NCBI GenBank assembly: GCA_002269645.1
Contig: NIVC01002460.1
Coordinates: 62,001-126,000 of the forward strand
Length of the DNA: 64,000 nucleotides
Reading direction: 5' to 3'
Source: Macrostomum lignano
Taxonomy: Eukaryota
Numbering within the stretch: the stretch's first letter is position 1; each line of letters opens with the position of its first letter. The notes beneath the pieces are model-generated. The model saw only the letters and a list, made by a program, of their open reading frames with translations. It made no database searches and had not been told where the DNA came from. This document shows, one piece after another, positions 50,426 through 62,283 of the stretch. A program made the position numbers and the translations under genes.

Positions 50426-53400
50426 TACTGTAAGTCTAAGATTATCACTACAAGGCTCTCCAAATCACTGCAAGTAAGACACAAGGACAACTAAAGTGAC
50501 ATATAACTTTAGTAGTCCTTGGTAAGACATTAAACCATTAGACACAGAGTAACACATTAGAGCCGTACAAGTGCAGCTGCACTTTGCTTACTTGAAACTC
50601 AGACTTATTGCGCCTTCATAACGAAGCTTCACTACTGCTACGTCATTTAGGACAGGCTTTTAATCTGCATGCCAATCAAGCGCTATCAAATCTCTGCAGC
50701 TAGGGGTGCAATGATAGTAACCACGGTAACCACGGTAAATCAGTGATATCTGGTTTATTCAATATATTAAGGTACAAGTATAACTGCCGCGTGGAAAGAA
50801 CTTTGAAATGTTTGTATGTAATGCCAATTTGTTGGTTGAGTGCATACGTATACTCATGCGCATTCGTGCTTATATCTGCGTGGATGTCAAGGCTCATGGA
50901 ATTTTTTTGAAATTCTGTGACTCAAGGGGGATTTCTGACACTTCAAGGCTTATGGGCGGTTGCTCAGCTGATTTAAGCCAAAGTTCAAAGCGGATGCTGA
51001 TATCTAGGCTAGATAGCACTGGCTTTCAGGGTAGATGCTTTATTTGCTCGAAACATTTTTTTCCTTAAAAAATTAGCAATATAGTGACTGTACAAGTTGA
51101 CAAGGTCTAAACTTTTACCTGCATTATTATTCCTTAAAGCAACTAGTATAGCACTTAGCACATGACGTGAATTCTACGAACTAGTTCATACATGTACCTA
51201 CATGTACGATCGCGATGCTGATCCACCTCCAAGTGGATAGCGAACGGCGCGATTGTACAAATTACATGCAAGCCATCAGATGCAGTAACTAATTAAGGGT
51301 TCGCTGTAATTATACTGAGTTCTGCTAGCGGATTCAGGGCGTCAAGGGGGGTTTGCTTGTTGGCTGACGACCCAATTAGATCACTGTACAAACGTATTTG
51401 TACCACTGCAGCTGTACCTTGAGTAGTCCTTAGAAGCTGGATGATAGGAATTCAAGGGGTACTTCTAAGTTTTCTTTTGTTTGCCTCGTTCTGCCTGCCT
51501 TTACATTGGATAATTGTTGGGTTTGCCTATTTTCTCAGGGGTTCAGCCCAAGGACCACCACTGTAATACTAGGACTACATATGTGCATGTTTCTATACTT
51601 AAGGAGAAGGAAATGTGGCTGGTGGCTGCCCCTGATAATCAATCAATTAATAAGACAAATTAAATTTTTTAATTCTGTGTGCTAATAATTTGTTCCAGCC
51701 CCAGAAATTATTTTACTTCTCCGGTACCACCTTGTTTGTGTTTAATTACAATGTAGTCAATTTTCTGACTCAGCCTACTTTACTCATTAGCTACTAGCAC
51801 CGCGGCTCCGCCAAATCAACTCTCGTAGAAGAAATAATCAAAATTTTATAATTTTCTTAAGCCTGCTCAACAAATATTAATAAATAAGTAACAAGTTGCA
51901 CCTTATTATTCGTTGATCCATAAGCCATAGCCTATCTTGAGTTATTTGTCCGTGGGACGTAAAACAACAAAAGTTCTCAACTCAAAGAAAGCTCTGAGAC
52001 TAATTTCGTTCCGAATACGAGAATTACGGTTGGTGGCAGCTCTACCCTACTGATAGTAAACCAGCTTAACAAATCGACGCATTAATTTACGGTGACAGAA
52101 TCTTCGGTGTCTACCATTTGAACAACCGTGCCGCTAAACGACCGCTCAGCTACGATTGCGACTACCCTCCCCCCGGACTTGAGACCCCGGCAGTCGGAGT
52201 AAAACAGGAGAAAATTTCGTTCTGATTCGTCTGCGATTTCCGGATTTATTCGTGCGAACGCAACGCCGGCGGAATTTAAAAGTTGAAACCGCCCCACCTC
52301 ATTAGTGTCAGCAACCGACCTTATTATTCCCAATCTCATTATTTTTTCTCCGCAACCACCTCAGAAACATAGCGGGATCACTATGTTTCTTAGAAAATGT
52401 TTGAGGCAGATTTTTTTCCAAAAAATACACTACGGAAATAGGAAGTTTTCTTCTTGTAGCACAAAAATTGTAATTGCTTTCGATAGGAGGCAGACTACCA
52501 CTTGAATAAACCTCGCCAGCGTCAATATTGCACAATTTTAAAACGATTATTTCATTTAAAAATTAGCTAAGAGCAAAGTTATATAGTCTTTTTCTAAACT
52601 AAATTGTTAGCATATTTTAAAATTGTTAAGCATAAAATCTCATATTTGTTATAATTTGTAGTTTATAATGTCTACGATTTTCAACGGTTTCAAATCTCGA
52701 ATTTCTTGTGTTTTTACTGATCACCTGATTGAATAAGATAAATTTTTCGCCACAAATTGCAATCTAACCGCCTAAACTACGAACGAAAATTGTAAAAATG
52801 TAAAATACATCATTATAAAAATGGTACAAAAACAATGTATTGTAGCAGTTGTAACAATATTGTAACAATGATTCTTATTCTTATTACATTTAACAATTAT
52901 GATATGATAACAATGCAATGCCTAACATTGTCGCCGAAGTGACTGTCGCCGAAATGTCTTGTCGCCGAAGTGACTGGTAGCCTCGTTTTTACATTTGGCT
53001 TTATCTTCATTTTTAGGCTCCTTCAATCAGATTAGGTTTAAATGACTTTTGACTTAAGCATGGCTAATGGCTTTTGTTTGTCTTTTGATTTTTTGTCAAC
53101 GTCAACAGTCAGCAGTCACCCAAGTCCAAGACAGTCAAGACCAAAAAACTTTTTAATGCTTTAAAATGTTCAAGAATCAAAACTTCCAACTACTAACTAT
53201 CTATATTTATCTTAACAAAAGTAGCACTAAATAAAAAAAAATAGATGGTTTTTTTGCAGCAAATACACTACTCTTTGCACCATTAGGCTTATATGCTTTA
53301 TTACTTTATTTCTGGGTTAGGTTGTGTTGGACACAATACTCAATAGCAAACAAACTATATACCCTAACAGGGACTTTTGGTAGACAAATTGACAACAAAC

Positions 53401-53594
53401 AAAATGACCTGCACCTTTTTATCAATATCAATCATAGTAATTGCTTTCTAAAAAGGATATTAAAGCATATAAATTTCTAGTTTACTATTTATTATATTTA
53501 GTTTATATGCAAGTAGCATTAATACTAATAGGCCTAATTATTAGTGTTCTACTGTAAGGAAGGTCTATATACTGTAGCCGTAGCCATAAGCAGA

Positions 53595-54315
53595 ACGGTA
53601 ACAGTCCACTTTGGTAACAGCCATTTCGGTAATAGCCACTTTGGTAACAAGTGATAATAATATATAAAATGTATTAATTGATAGGTCTGTGCTCCAAAAG
53701 AATGTGCAAACTTTGAAGAAAGAATGACAACAACAACGCAGGTATGCATTTGTTTAAGTTGTTTAAAAATGTTTTAACTGATCTATTTAACTTTTGGATG
53801 AGTCAAAAACATGTATGCATGCACCCAAGACATCTTGTAATTGACCAAATATTGTGTACCATGTACATTAGAATCTCTGATCTAGTTAGTGAATAGTGAC
53901 TTGATACTACAGAATCTACTTTCTTTATTAATACTTCTTATTACTTTCTTTACTTTATTAGTTATTTAAAATATTTAAAATATTTTTTTTCAATTTCAAT
54001 GTATGGCCAGGCAGGCCAGCTCGCGCGCGGTTTGCTTAATTTTTTTTGCCTTTAAATTTTTCACAAAGTTAACATGCAAGTTTAAGCAAAGTATAACACA
54101 GTTTAACTAGAAAGTTTAACGATATGTGACAATAAGATATTTAAGATGTTAATTAAACTAACTATAGCAAACCTAATTATTATAAAAATAAAGTGTTGAC
54201 AGTCATAAATTTGCATTACTGAAGTAGCTATTACCAAAATGGCTGTTACCAAAGTGGTCATTTTTTGTTACCAAAGTGGCTATTACCGAAATGGCTATTA
54301 CCGAAGTAGATTGTA
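53595..54315. mobile_element. Putative non-autonomous DNA element with inverted 14-15-bp subterminal repeats
   Basis: Left (ggtaatagccacttt)n versus right (aaagtggctattacc)n; true ends and target duplication not resolved. Confidence 0.45.
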
Positions 54316-55790
54316 TTCAGCAGAACTATGGCTTATTCCAATTCTCCATAGAACCATATTCCCATTGTTCCTATAGCCATAGCTGTAGTTTTAACAAAAA
54401 GTCTAGAAAACAAAATATTTGAATCACTTAGTGTTTAAACAACTAGAAAATTAAGTTAGAAAATGAAAAAACACTTAATTGACTTTGTAAGATTATATTT
54501 CATCTTTTTACAAAGCAACAATACTTAATCACTACTGAGAGTACTTATTCTGAACTTTTTCATATTAAGAAAAATTAGAGTTTGCTAGTTTTTTATTGTA
54601 GCTTACTCTATTAGGTATATTCTATAAGTTTCTAACTTGATAATACAGTTTACTAAAGTATCTTTGTTTTACTCTACCTGTTTCTAGTATTTTTCATTTT
54701 TTTAAATTAATAACTATGGCTATAGGAAGCTACAAAATATGACAACAGCTACCATATTTCCATAGTTATAGCCATAAGAGCAGCTAGTTACCATAGGCAT
54801 ATCTGTAGCTGACATAGGCACCTATTTTACCATATTTGTGTGGGATCCTGTAGCTGTAGCTACGGCTATAGTGGAACACTACTAATTATAATATAAACTA
54901 TAAATAATGCATTGTTAGGGCCTATCCACCATTTTTTATAAAAAGTAGATAAACTTATAACTATCATATTTTATTTTAAAAAGCATGTTTTATTACTCTA
55001 TTGATTTTTAAAGCTCTATTATTATCAATGTTTTTAATTAGACTAGTCAAAAATCATATTTGGCAATATTTTTTATATAAAAATTTATTATTATAAAATC
55101 ATTTTTGATTGTATTATTCAAACAACATTATTCTTTTTAATATAACAAATTTAGGCTAAGGGCTAAAAGAAACTATATAATGGACTAGTTTCTAGTTTTT
55201 TTAATTAGTATATTAGGCTTCTAGTCTATTTTAAAATCATCCAAATTTTCCTATATCAACATTTGTAACCATATCAATTTTTTAATGTTTATGTTTGTAT
55301 ATAGAGCTAATTTATTTTTTATAACATAACTTTAGAAATGCTAAATTCAATGGTAATAATTATATTATCTTAACTTATACCCCTATCATCCTAACTACAC
55401 AAAAATATATAGTATTGAAAATCTATTGTTTAAATTCCTAAACTCTGTACTTAAGGTAAGGGTTCTCATTACAAAGGCTTTGACACTAGCAGTATGAACT
55501 CATTCTTATTATCTTATTGCTTCTATAAAATCCAGGGCTCTAATGATCTTTTTTGAGTCTTTTAACTCTATCATTGATTATCTAATATTAACAGATATAA
55601 GAAATTTTTTCTTGTACCTATATTTGTATACATTAATCTTTAATTATATTACATTTGTCTAATACAAACTCAACAGAGCACCACTTCAAACTCTTCATTT
55701 ATGCTATTTAGCATCTAGCCATCCAGCATCATCTTTTACTCATCAATAGTAGTGAAATCTAATATAATTAAAAAAACCGCACTCAAAGAC

Positions 55791-56360
55791 ATGGCCAGTA
55801 GCAACACTAACAGCTCTAAGACCCTCACCACTGTCGAGGATCACGATGGCTGGACGCTGGTCAACTATGATGACATTAGCGACAATGTTGACGAAGGCTT
55901 CCTGCTGGCTGGCGGCGCCAGCGGTGGCAATCGAAGCGACAGCAGCAGCTCCGCCGAGGTGCTGAAATCGCCAACTCCGACTTCCGGCATCGACGCCAAT
56001 GACGATGAAGTCGAAGGCCAGCCGGAAGCATCGCCGGCGGGCAACCAGGAGCCGGCTCCTGCTGCAACTGCTCGCGCTGTTGTGGCCGCAGCCGCCGCTG
56101 CCAGCGGTCACCGGGCCGCGGTCGCCGCCTCGTCTTCGTCGAGTTCATCATCGGCTGTGGCACTGTGCCATTCGGCTGCCTCCAGGGCTGCCAGCCGCAC
56201 CCGAGCCAAGCTGGAGCTGAGCCGGGCCAGCCTGGCCCGCAGGAACCAGGTGGCCACCCTGCGCTGCTCAGCCGGAAGCGGCGCCTCCGCTAAGCGCCAA
56301 ATGAAAATGCGCGGCACCGTCAAGTGCCCGCAGGCCCGCTCCGCTTCTAAAAAGTGCTGA
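55791..56360 (+). CDS. TP53INP1/2 (DOR)-like LIR-motif protein, 189 aa from the first ATG, apparently intronless
   Basis: GC-rich ORF in AT-rich surroundings; acidic LIR EDHDGWTLV; C-terminal LSRASLARRNQ resembles TP53INP LSRxxLxRxN. The family WF(I/V)TPP box is not seen. Confidence 0.55.
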   Translation: MASSNTNSSKTLTTVEDHDGWTLVNYDDISDNVDEGFLLAGGASGGNRSDSSSSAEVLKSPTPTSGIDANDDEVEGQPEASPAGNQEPAPAATARAVVAAAAAASGHRAAVAASSSSSSSSAVALCHSAASRAASRTRAKLELSRASLARRNQVATLRCSAGSGASAKRQMKMRGTVKCPQARSASKKC

Positions 56361-56435
56361 ATGAACTTTTCATAGCTCAATTGTGAGCTAGCTGGGGGCT
56401 ATCTGACCCTGCTGGGAGTTTGTAAGTGTAACCAC

Positions 56436-57363
56436 TAGAGATGTTCCGAAAGCGAATTTTCTGTCGAAATCGAAATCGAAATCGAAATTCGCTACTTTCC
56501 GAAATCGAAATCGAAATCGAAATTTTCCGAAATCGTAATTCAGAAAAACAAAGTTTAGTACAACCGACACTCACTTTTCTACTTTCGATTTACTGCTCAT
56601 GCAAAACAAAATACATGTATGTTTAGCAGAAGTTCGTTTATTTTCGGCCACTAAATAAGTAGAATCCCTCATTGCCACTTTTAAATGCAAAATTTTTTTT
56701 CGACGCGAAAACTACATATACTGTAAATGTGTTAAGTAATTTATTTGAACTAGTGCCTTTAAAAGAAACACTAAGGCGCGTATATTGCATATATTACTAG
56801 ACGGTATTAAAGCACGGCAGCCTTTTCCCTGCTAGACAAAACAAATTTCTCTGCCTTTATCCGTCTAGGCGGTAGGGTATAGGGTGTATACTGAGTTGTA
56901 CATGTATAAAATGTACAGTTAAAATGTACATGTATCAGTACTGCATGACTAGCAATAACTGAGATCGTGTAAACGATAATGCATGTACATGTACGGTAAA
57001 TGTACATATATATACTGTAAAATGCGAAAAATATGCAATATATCAGCAGACGCTTTTGCAGCTTTAAAGTGCAACAAAATTTACGAAAATTTACAGTTCC
57101 ACATGTACAAACTACCATGTTACATGTCCTACATGCATGGAACAGTTTTAACAAATTCAAAAAGTTTTACATGTAAAAACTGTATAATATCACCGATAAA
57201 AGACAGTAACGAAGTTCTAAAAAAACTAAAATTAGATAAAAATTTCGGAAGTAGGCACTTCCGAAATTTTGACTTCCGAAATTTTTTCGAAATCGAAATT
57301 TGCTCTAAAAAAATCCGAATTTCGGAAAATCGAAATCGAAATCGAAATTTCGGAACATCTCTA
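56436..57363. mobile_element. Non-autonomous hAT element (928 bp)
   Basis: 16-bp TIR tagagatgttccgaaa / tttcggaacatctcta; perfect 8-bp TSD gtaaccac at 56428-56435 and 57364-57371; subterminal (tcgaaa)n. Confidence 0.92.
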
Positions 57364-57371
57364 GTAACCAC

Positions 57372-57815
57372 CCCATGATTCTTGGGTGGCTGCCACCCCC
57401 TCCACCTCATGATCCTTGATTGGCTGTTACCCCCTCCAAAATCTCGACCCCATGATCCTTGATTGGCTGCCATCCCCTCCACCCCATGATCCTTGATTGG
57501 CTGCCACCCCTCCACCCCATGATTCTTGATTAGCTGCCACCCCCTCCACCCCATAATCCTTGGGTGGCTGCCACCCCCTCCACCTCATGATCCTTGATTG
57601 GCTGCCATCCCTCCACCCCATGATCCTTGATTGGCTGCCACCCCTCCACCCCATGACCTTTGATTGGCTGCCACCCCTCCACCCCATGACCTTTGATTGG
57701 CTGCCACCCCTCCACCCCATGGTCCTTGATTTGCCGCCACCCCTCCACCCCATTCCTTGATTGGATGCCATCCCTCGACCTCATGATCCTCAAGTGGTCT
57801 GCCACCCTCCACCCC
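57372..57815. repeat. ~33-bp minisatellite ccacccctccaccccatgatccttgattggctg
   Basis: About 13 copies. Confidence 0.88.
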
Positions 57816-59219
57816 ATGTGTTTAAGTTGGCTCATAAGTTTACGATTTGTTAAGCAGAATAGTTTTTATAGTCCGTGATTATGTGGTTAGCTCTGAAGCC
57901 ACAGTATTGTTGAAGTTCTGCGTCTAGTTTTTAGTCACTGGTTGTTTTAGTGTGTTTTAAGAGTTATGGAAGCTGAATGATATTGAGGTCGGTGTAGACA
58001 ATATCAAATTTCAAGAGTAGCGGTTTTTTGTTTTCGTATTTATTCGGTCCGTTGTTAAATTCCCCCCCTTCGTGTTGTGCTCTTTGTAACACCTCTTAAC
58101 TCTTATATAAATCCTTATTTATATTCATAATTCAACTTTTAACTGTCGTCATTAGGCACACATGCTAGGACCCTCTGTGTACTCTTGAGTTGTTTTGGTT
58201 TGAGTAGCTAACGAGAGTCGGTTGGTTTGTGAATTTAAGATTGCTACAATAAATTCAAGGTTAAATTGACGCGTTCTTTTGTTAATCTGTGATAAAAAAG
58301 GGTTTGTTAATGCTTTTGTACTACTGTTTCAATATGCAATCTGTATAGTAAGAAAACTCCTAATAAAGGCTATAATTGTTCTTTCAATTTTATTCGGAAA
58401 CTTCATTGTCTGTGCAAATATTAATAATATTTCGCAATTTGTCAATTTTGTTATAACTGTTCATAGAGAACAGTGTAGATTTTGTGTTTGCTGAAAAATC
58501 AATTTATAAATAATTTTATTACTTGATATTCAGCTAGAAGCCCAAGTCTAAATTACAGAAGCCTTTCAATTTATTAAATTTAATACAGAGCTGCTGAATC
58601 ACAGGCCATCATAGTCATAATCTGAATTCTCGATTACAATTTCCATTGTATACTTTTTGCTCCTTTAAGATTATCTTGCTAACTGCCTAGAATTAGCTAA
58701 CATCTGTTCTGTTTGACACAATTAGAAATCATTGTTACAATTTATTTATCAAATTTTGCTACTTACAGGCGCTTTCAGAGTCAGTTTTTTTATATAGTTT
58801 TCTGTGTTTATATAGTGATAATTTACTAAACGAGTTGACCAAGTTTAACTGATTATAATAATTTATGCTAATTAATTTGATTAATGTTAACAGTATTATT
58901 AACTACTAAAGTCTATATCAGCTGATTGTGTAATTAAATCTCATAGTTTCCGCAGTAATTAAGTTACTTTATTAAGAACGCGTCGGGAAAACAAAATATT
59001 ATTTCCTATTAAAATCTTAACGGTTGACTGGTCTGATTGTGTGACTTGACTCTTCTCTGTTAATCTCTCTTTTATTAATCCTGCTCTTATTAGCGTGTGT
59101 TGTCCTGTAGCCTCTTAATTCGTCTTTAAACTCTGTTTTGCCTGAACTTTATCACTGTTATTTTTGGCTATTTTTTTCGAGACATCGCTGCGTTGAAGAG
59201 TGAGAGTCTTACTCTTAAA

Positions 59220-60552
59220 ATTGGCCCTGAACCATCATGAGAATTGGCCCTAAACCATCATGAGAATTGGCCCTGAACCATCATGAGAATTGGCCCTGAA
59301 CCATCATGAGAATTGGCCCTGAACCATAATGAAAATTGGCCCTGAACCGTCATGAGAATTGGCCCTGAACCATCATAAGAATTGGCCCTGAACCATCATG
59401 AGAATTGGCCCTGAACCATCATGAGAATTGGCCCTGAACCATCATGAGAATTGGCCCTGAACCATCATGAGAATTGGCCCTGAACCATAATGAAAATTGG
59501 CCCTGAACCGTCATGAGAATTGGCCCTGAACCATCATAAGAATTGGCCCTGAACCATCATGAGAATTGGCCCTGAACCATCATGAGAATTGGCCCTGAAC
59601 CATCATGAGAATTGGCCCTGAACCATCATGAGAATTGGCCCTGAACCATAATGAAAATTGGCCCTGAACCGTCATGAGAATTGGCCCTGAACCATAATGA
59701 AAATTGGCCCTGAACCGTCATGAGAATTGGCCCTGAACCATAATGAGAATTGGCCCTGAACCATCATGAGAATTGGCCCTGAACCATCATGAGAATTGGC
59801 CCTGAACCATCATAAGAATTGGCCCTGAACCATCGTGAGAATTGGCCCTGAACCATCATGAGAATTGGCCCTGAACCATCATAAGAATTGGCCCTGAACC
59901 ATCATGAGAATTGGCCCTGAACCATCATGAGAATTGGCCCTGAACCATCATGAGAATTAGCCCTGAACCATAATGAAAATTGGCCCTGAACCGTCATGAG
60001 AATTGGCCCTGAACCATCATGAGAATTGGCCCTGAACTGTCATGAGAATTGGCCCTGAACCGTCATGAGAATTGGCCCTGAACTGTCATGAGAATTGGCC
60101 CTGAACCGTCATGAGAATTGGCCCTGAACCGTCATGAGAATTGGCCCTGAACCATCATGAGAATTGGCCCTGAACCATCATGAGGCTAGAATTGGCCCTG
60201 AACCATCATAAGAATTGGCCCTGAACCATCATGAGAATTGGCCCTGAACCATCATGAGAATTGGCCCTGAACCATCATGAGAATTGGCCCTGAACCATCA
60301 TGAGAATTAGCCCTGAACCATAATGAAAATTGGCCCTGAACCATCATGAGAATTGGCCCTGAACCAAAATGAAAATTGGCCCTGAACCGTCATGAGAATT
60401 GGCCCTGAACTGTCATGAGAATTGGCCCTGAACCGTCATGAGAATTGGCCCTGAACCATCATGAGAATTGGCCCTGAACCATCATGAGAATTGGCCCTGA
60501 ACCATCATGAGAATTGGCCCTGAACCATCATGAGAATTGGCTCTGAACCATC
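59220..60552. repeat. 23-bp minisatellite gaattggccctgaaccatcatga
   Basis: About 57 highly homogeneous copies. Confidence 0.95.
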
Positions 60553-61077
60553 CTGATAATGGTAGGAAAGTGTGCAGTAAGACTAGCAAATTTTAGCAGT
60601 GTTGTCATGCTCATTTTTTTAATTTCGAGACTTGAATATAAGTTATTCAATTTGTTTGTTCAGTACATTTTTTTCTCTTGTAAATTTAGCCTCATTAGCT
60701 GGTCTTTGCCAATTTGAGTTTTTTATTCTTAAAAGTACTTTTTAGTGCTTTTTTAGACAAAGAATTTTCTGCTCCTTTGTGCGCTGTTGAAAGATTGTGT
60801 TAAGATGAGTGTTTTCTGTAATACAGCCCTCGGTTCATTTGGTAGTTTTCTATTAGAACTAAAAAATTTTGTGTGCACTGACTAATAAAGTTATCCAGAT
60901 AGAATAAATTTTTTGCTTGTCTATTATTTAACTTGTTTATCTTTGCCACAAGTTAACCCTTTGTAATCTAAAAATAAACATTTTTAGTAGCTCAGCCAAT
61001 TTAATATATTTAAAAAGCCGCTCTGTTGATTTCTTTATAACTTTTTTTAAGTTTCAAAGTTTTTAATAATTTAATAA

Positions 61078-62153
61078 TGGGAGAGTGGGTCAGTGGAGAG
61101 TGGGTCAGTGAGGGAGAGTGGGTCAGTGAGGGAGAGTGGGTCAGTGAGGGAGAGTGGGTCAGTGAGGGAGAGTGGGTCAGTGAGGGAGAGTGGGACAGTG
61201 AGGGAGAGTGGGTCAGTGAGGGAGAGTGGGTCAGTGAGGGAGAGTGGGTCAGTGAGGGAGAGTGGGTCAGTGAGGGAGAGTGGGTCAGGGAGGGAGAGTG
61301 GGTCAGTGAGGGAGAGTGGGTCAGTGAGGGAGAGTGGGACAGTGAGGGAGAGTGGGTCAGTGAGGGAGAGTGGGTCAGTGAGGGAGAGTGGGTCAGGGAG
61401 GGAGAGTGGGTCAGTGAGGGAGAGTGGGTCAGTGAGGGAGAGTGGGACAGTGAGGGAGAGTGGGTCAGTGAGGGAGAGTGGGACAGTGAGGGAGAGTGGG
61501 TCAGTGAGGGAGAGTGGGTCAGTGAGGGAGAGTGGGTCAGTGAGGGAGAGTGGGTCAGTGAGGGAGAGTGGGTCAGTGAGGGAGAGTGGGACAGTGAGGG
61601 AGAGTAGAACAGGGGGAGAGTGGGTCAGTGAGGGAGAGTGGGTCAGTGAGGGAGAGTGGGTCAGTGAGGGAGAGTGGGTCAGTGAGGGAGAGTGGGTCAG
61701 TGAGGGAGAGTGGGTCAGTGAGGGAGAGTGGGTCAGGGAGGGAGAGTGGGTCAGTGAAGGAGAGTGGGTCAGTGAGGGAGAGTGGGTCAGGGAGGGAGAG
61801 TGGGTCAGTGAGGGAGAGTGGGACAGTGAGGGAGAGTAGAACAGGGGGAGAGTGGGTCAGTGAGGGAGAGTGGGTCAGTGAGGGAGAGTGGGTCAGTGAG
61901 GGAGAGTGGGACAGTGAGGGAGAGTAGAACAGGGGGAGAGTGGGTCAGTGAGGGAGAGTGGGTCAGTGAGGGAGAGTGGGTCAGTGAGGGAGAGTGGGAC
62001 AGTGAGGGAGAGTGGGACAGTGAGGGAGAGTGGGACAGTGAGGGAGAGTGGGACAGTGAGGGAGAGTGGGTCAGTGAGGGAGAGTGGGACAGTGAGGGAG
62101 AGTAGGACAGGGGGAGAGTAGGAGAGGGGGAGAGTGGGACAGTGAGGGAGAGT
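61078..62153. repeat. 18-bp G-rich minisatellite gggagagtgggtcagtga
   Basis: About 58 copies, ending ~130 bp upstream of the ATP2C1 ATG. Confidence 0.95.
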
Positions 62154-62283
62154 GATGCTGATATCTGTTATCTCACCGTGCTCAAATGCCCACCGCTTTC
62201 CATGGTTGTGCAGCCAGCAGGCCGCATATGCAGCAAAGCCGCTACTAGTGTCCCAGCTACCCGCAGCTGCGCACCACAGTTAG

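Noticed and set aside
50950-51068. THAP-like ICSKHF motif
   Set aside because: The upstream C2CH spacing and W/F residues are absent; at most a decayed fragment.
61077-62105. Repeat-protein ORFs (EGEWVS)n and (RESGSV)n
   Set aside because: An 18-bp unit without stops is open in several frames by construction; there is no independent sign of coding.
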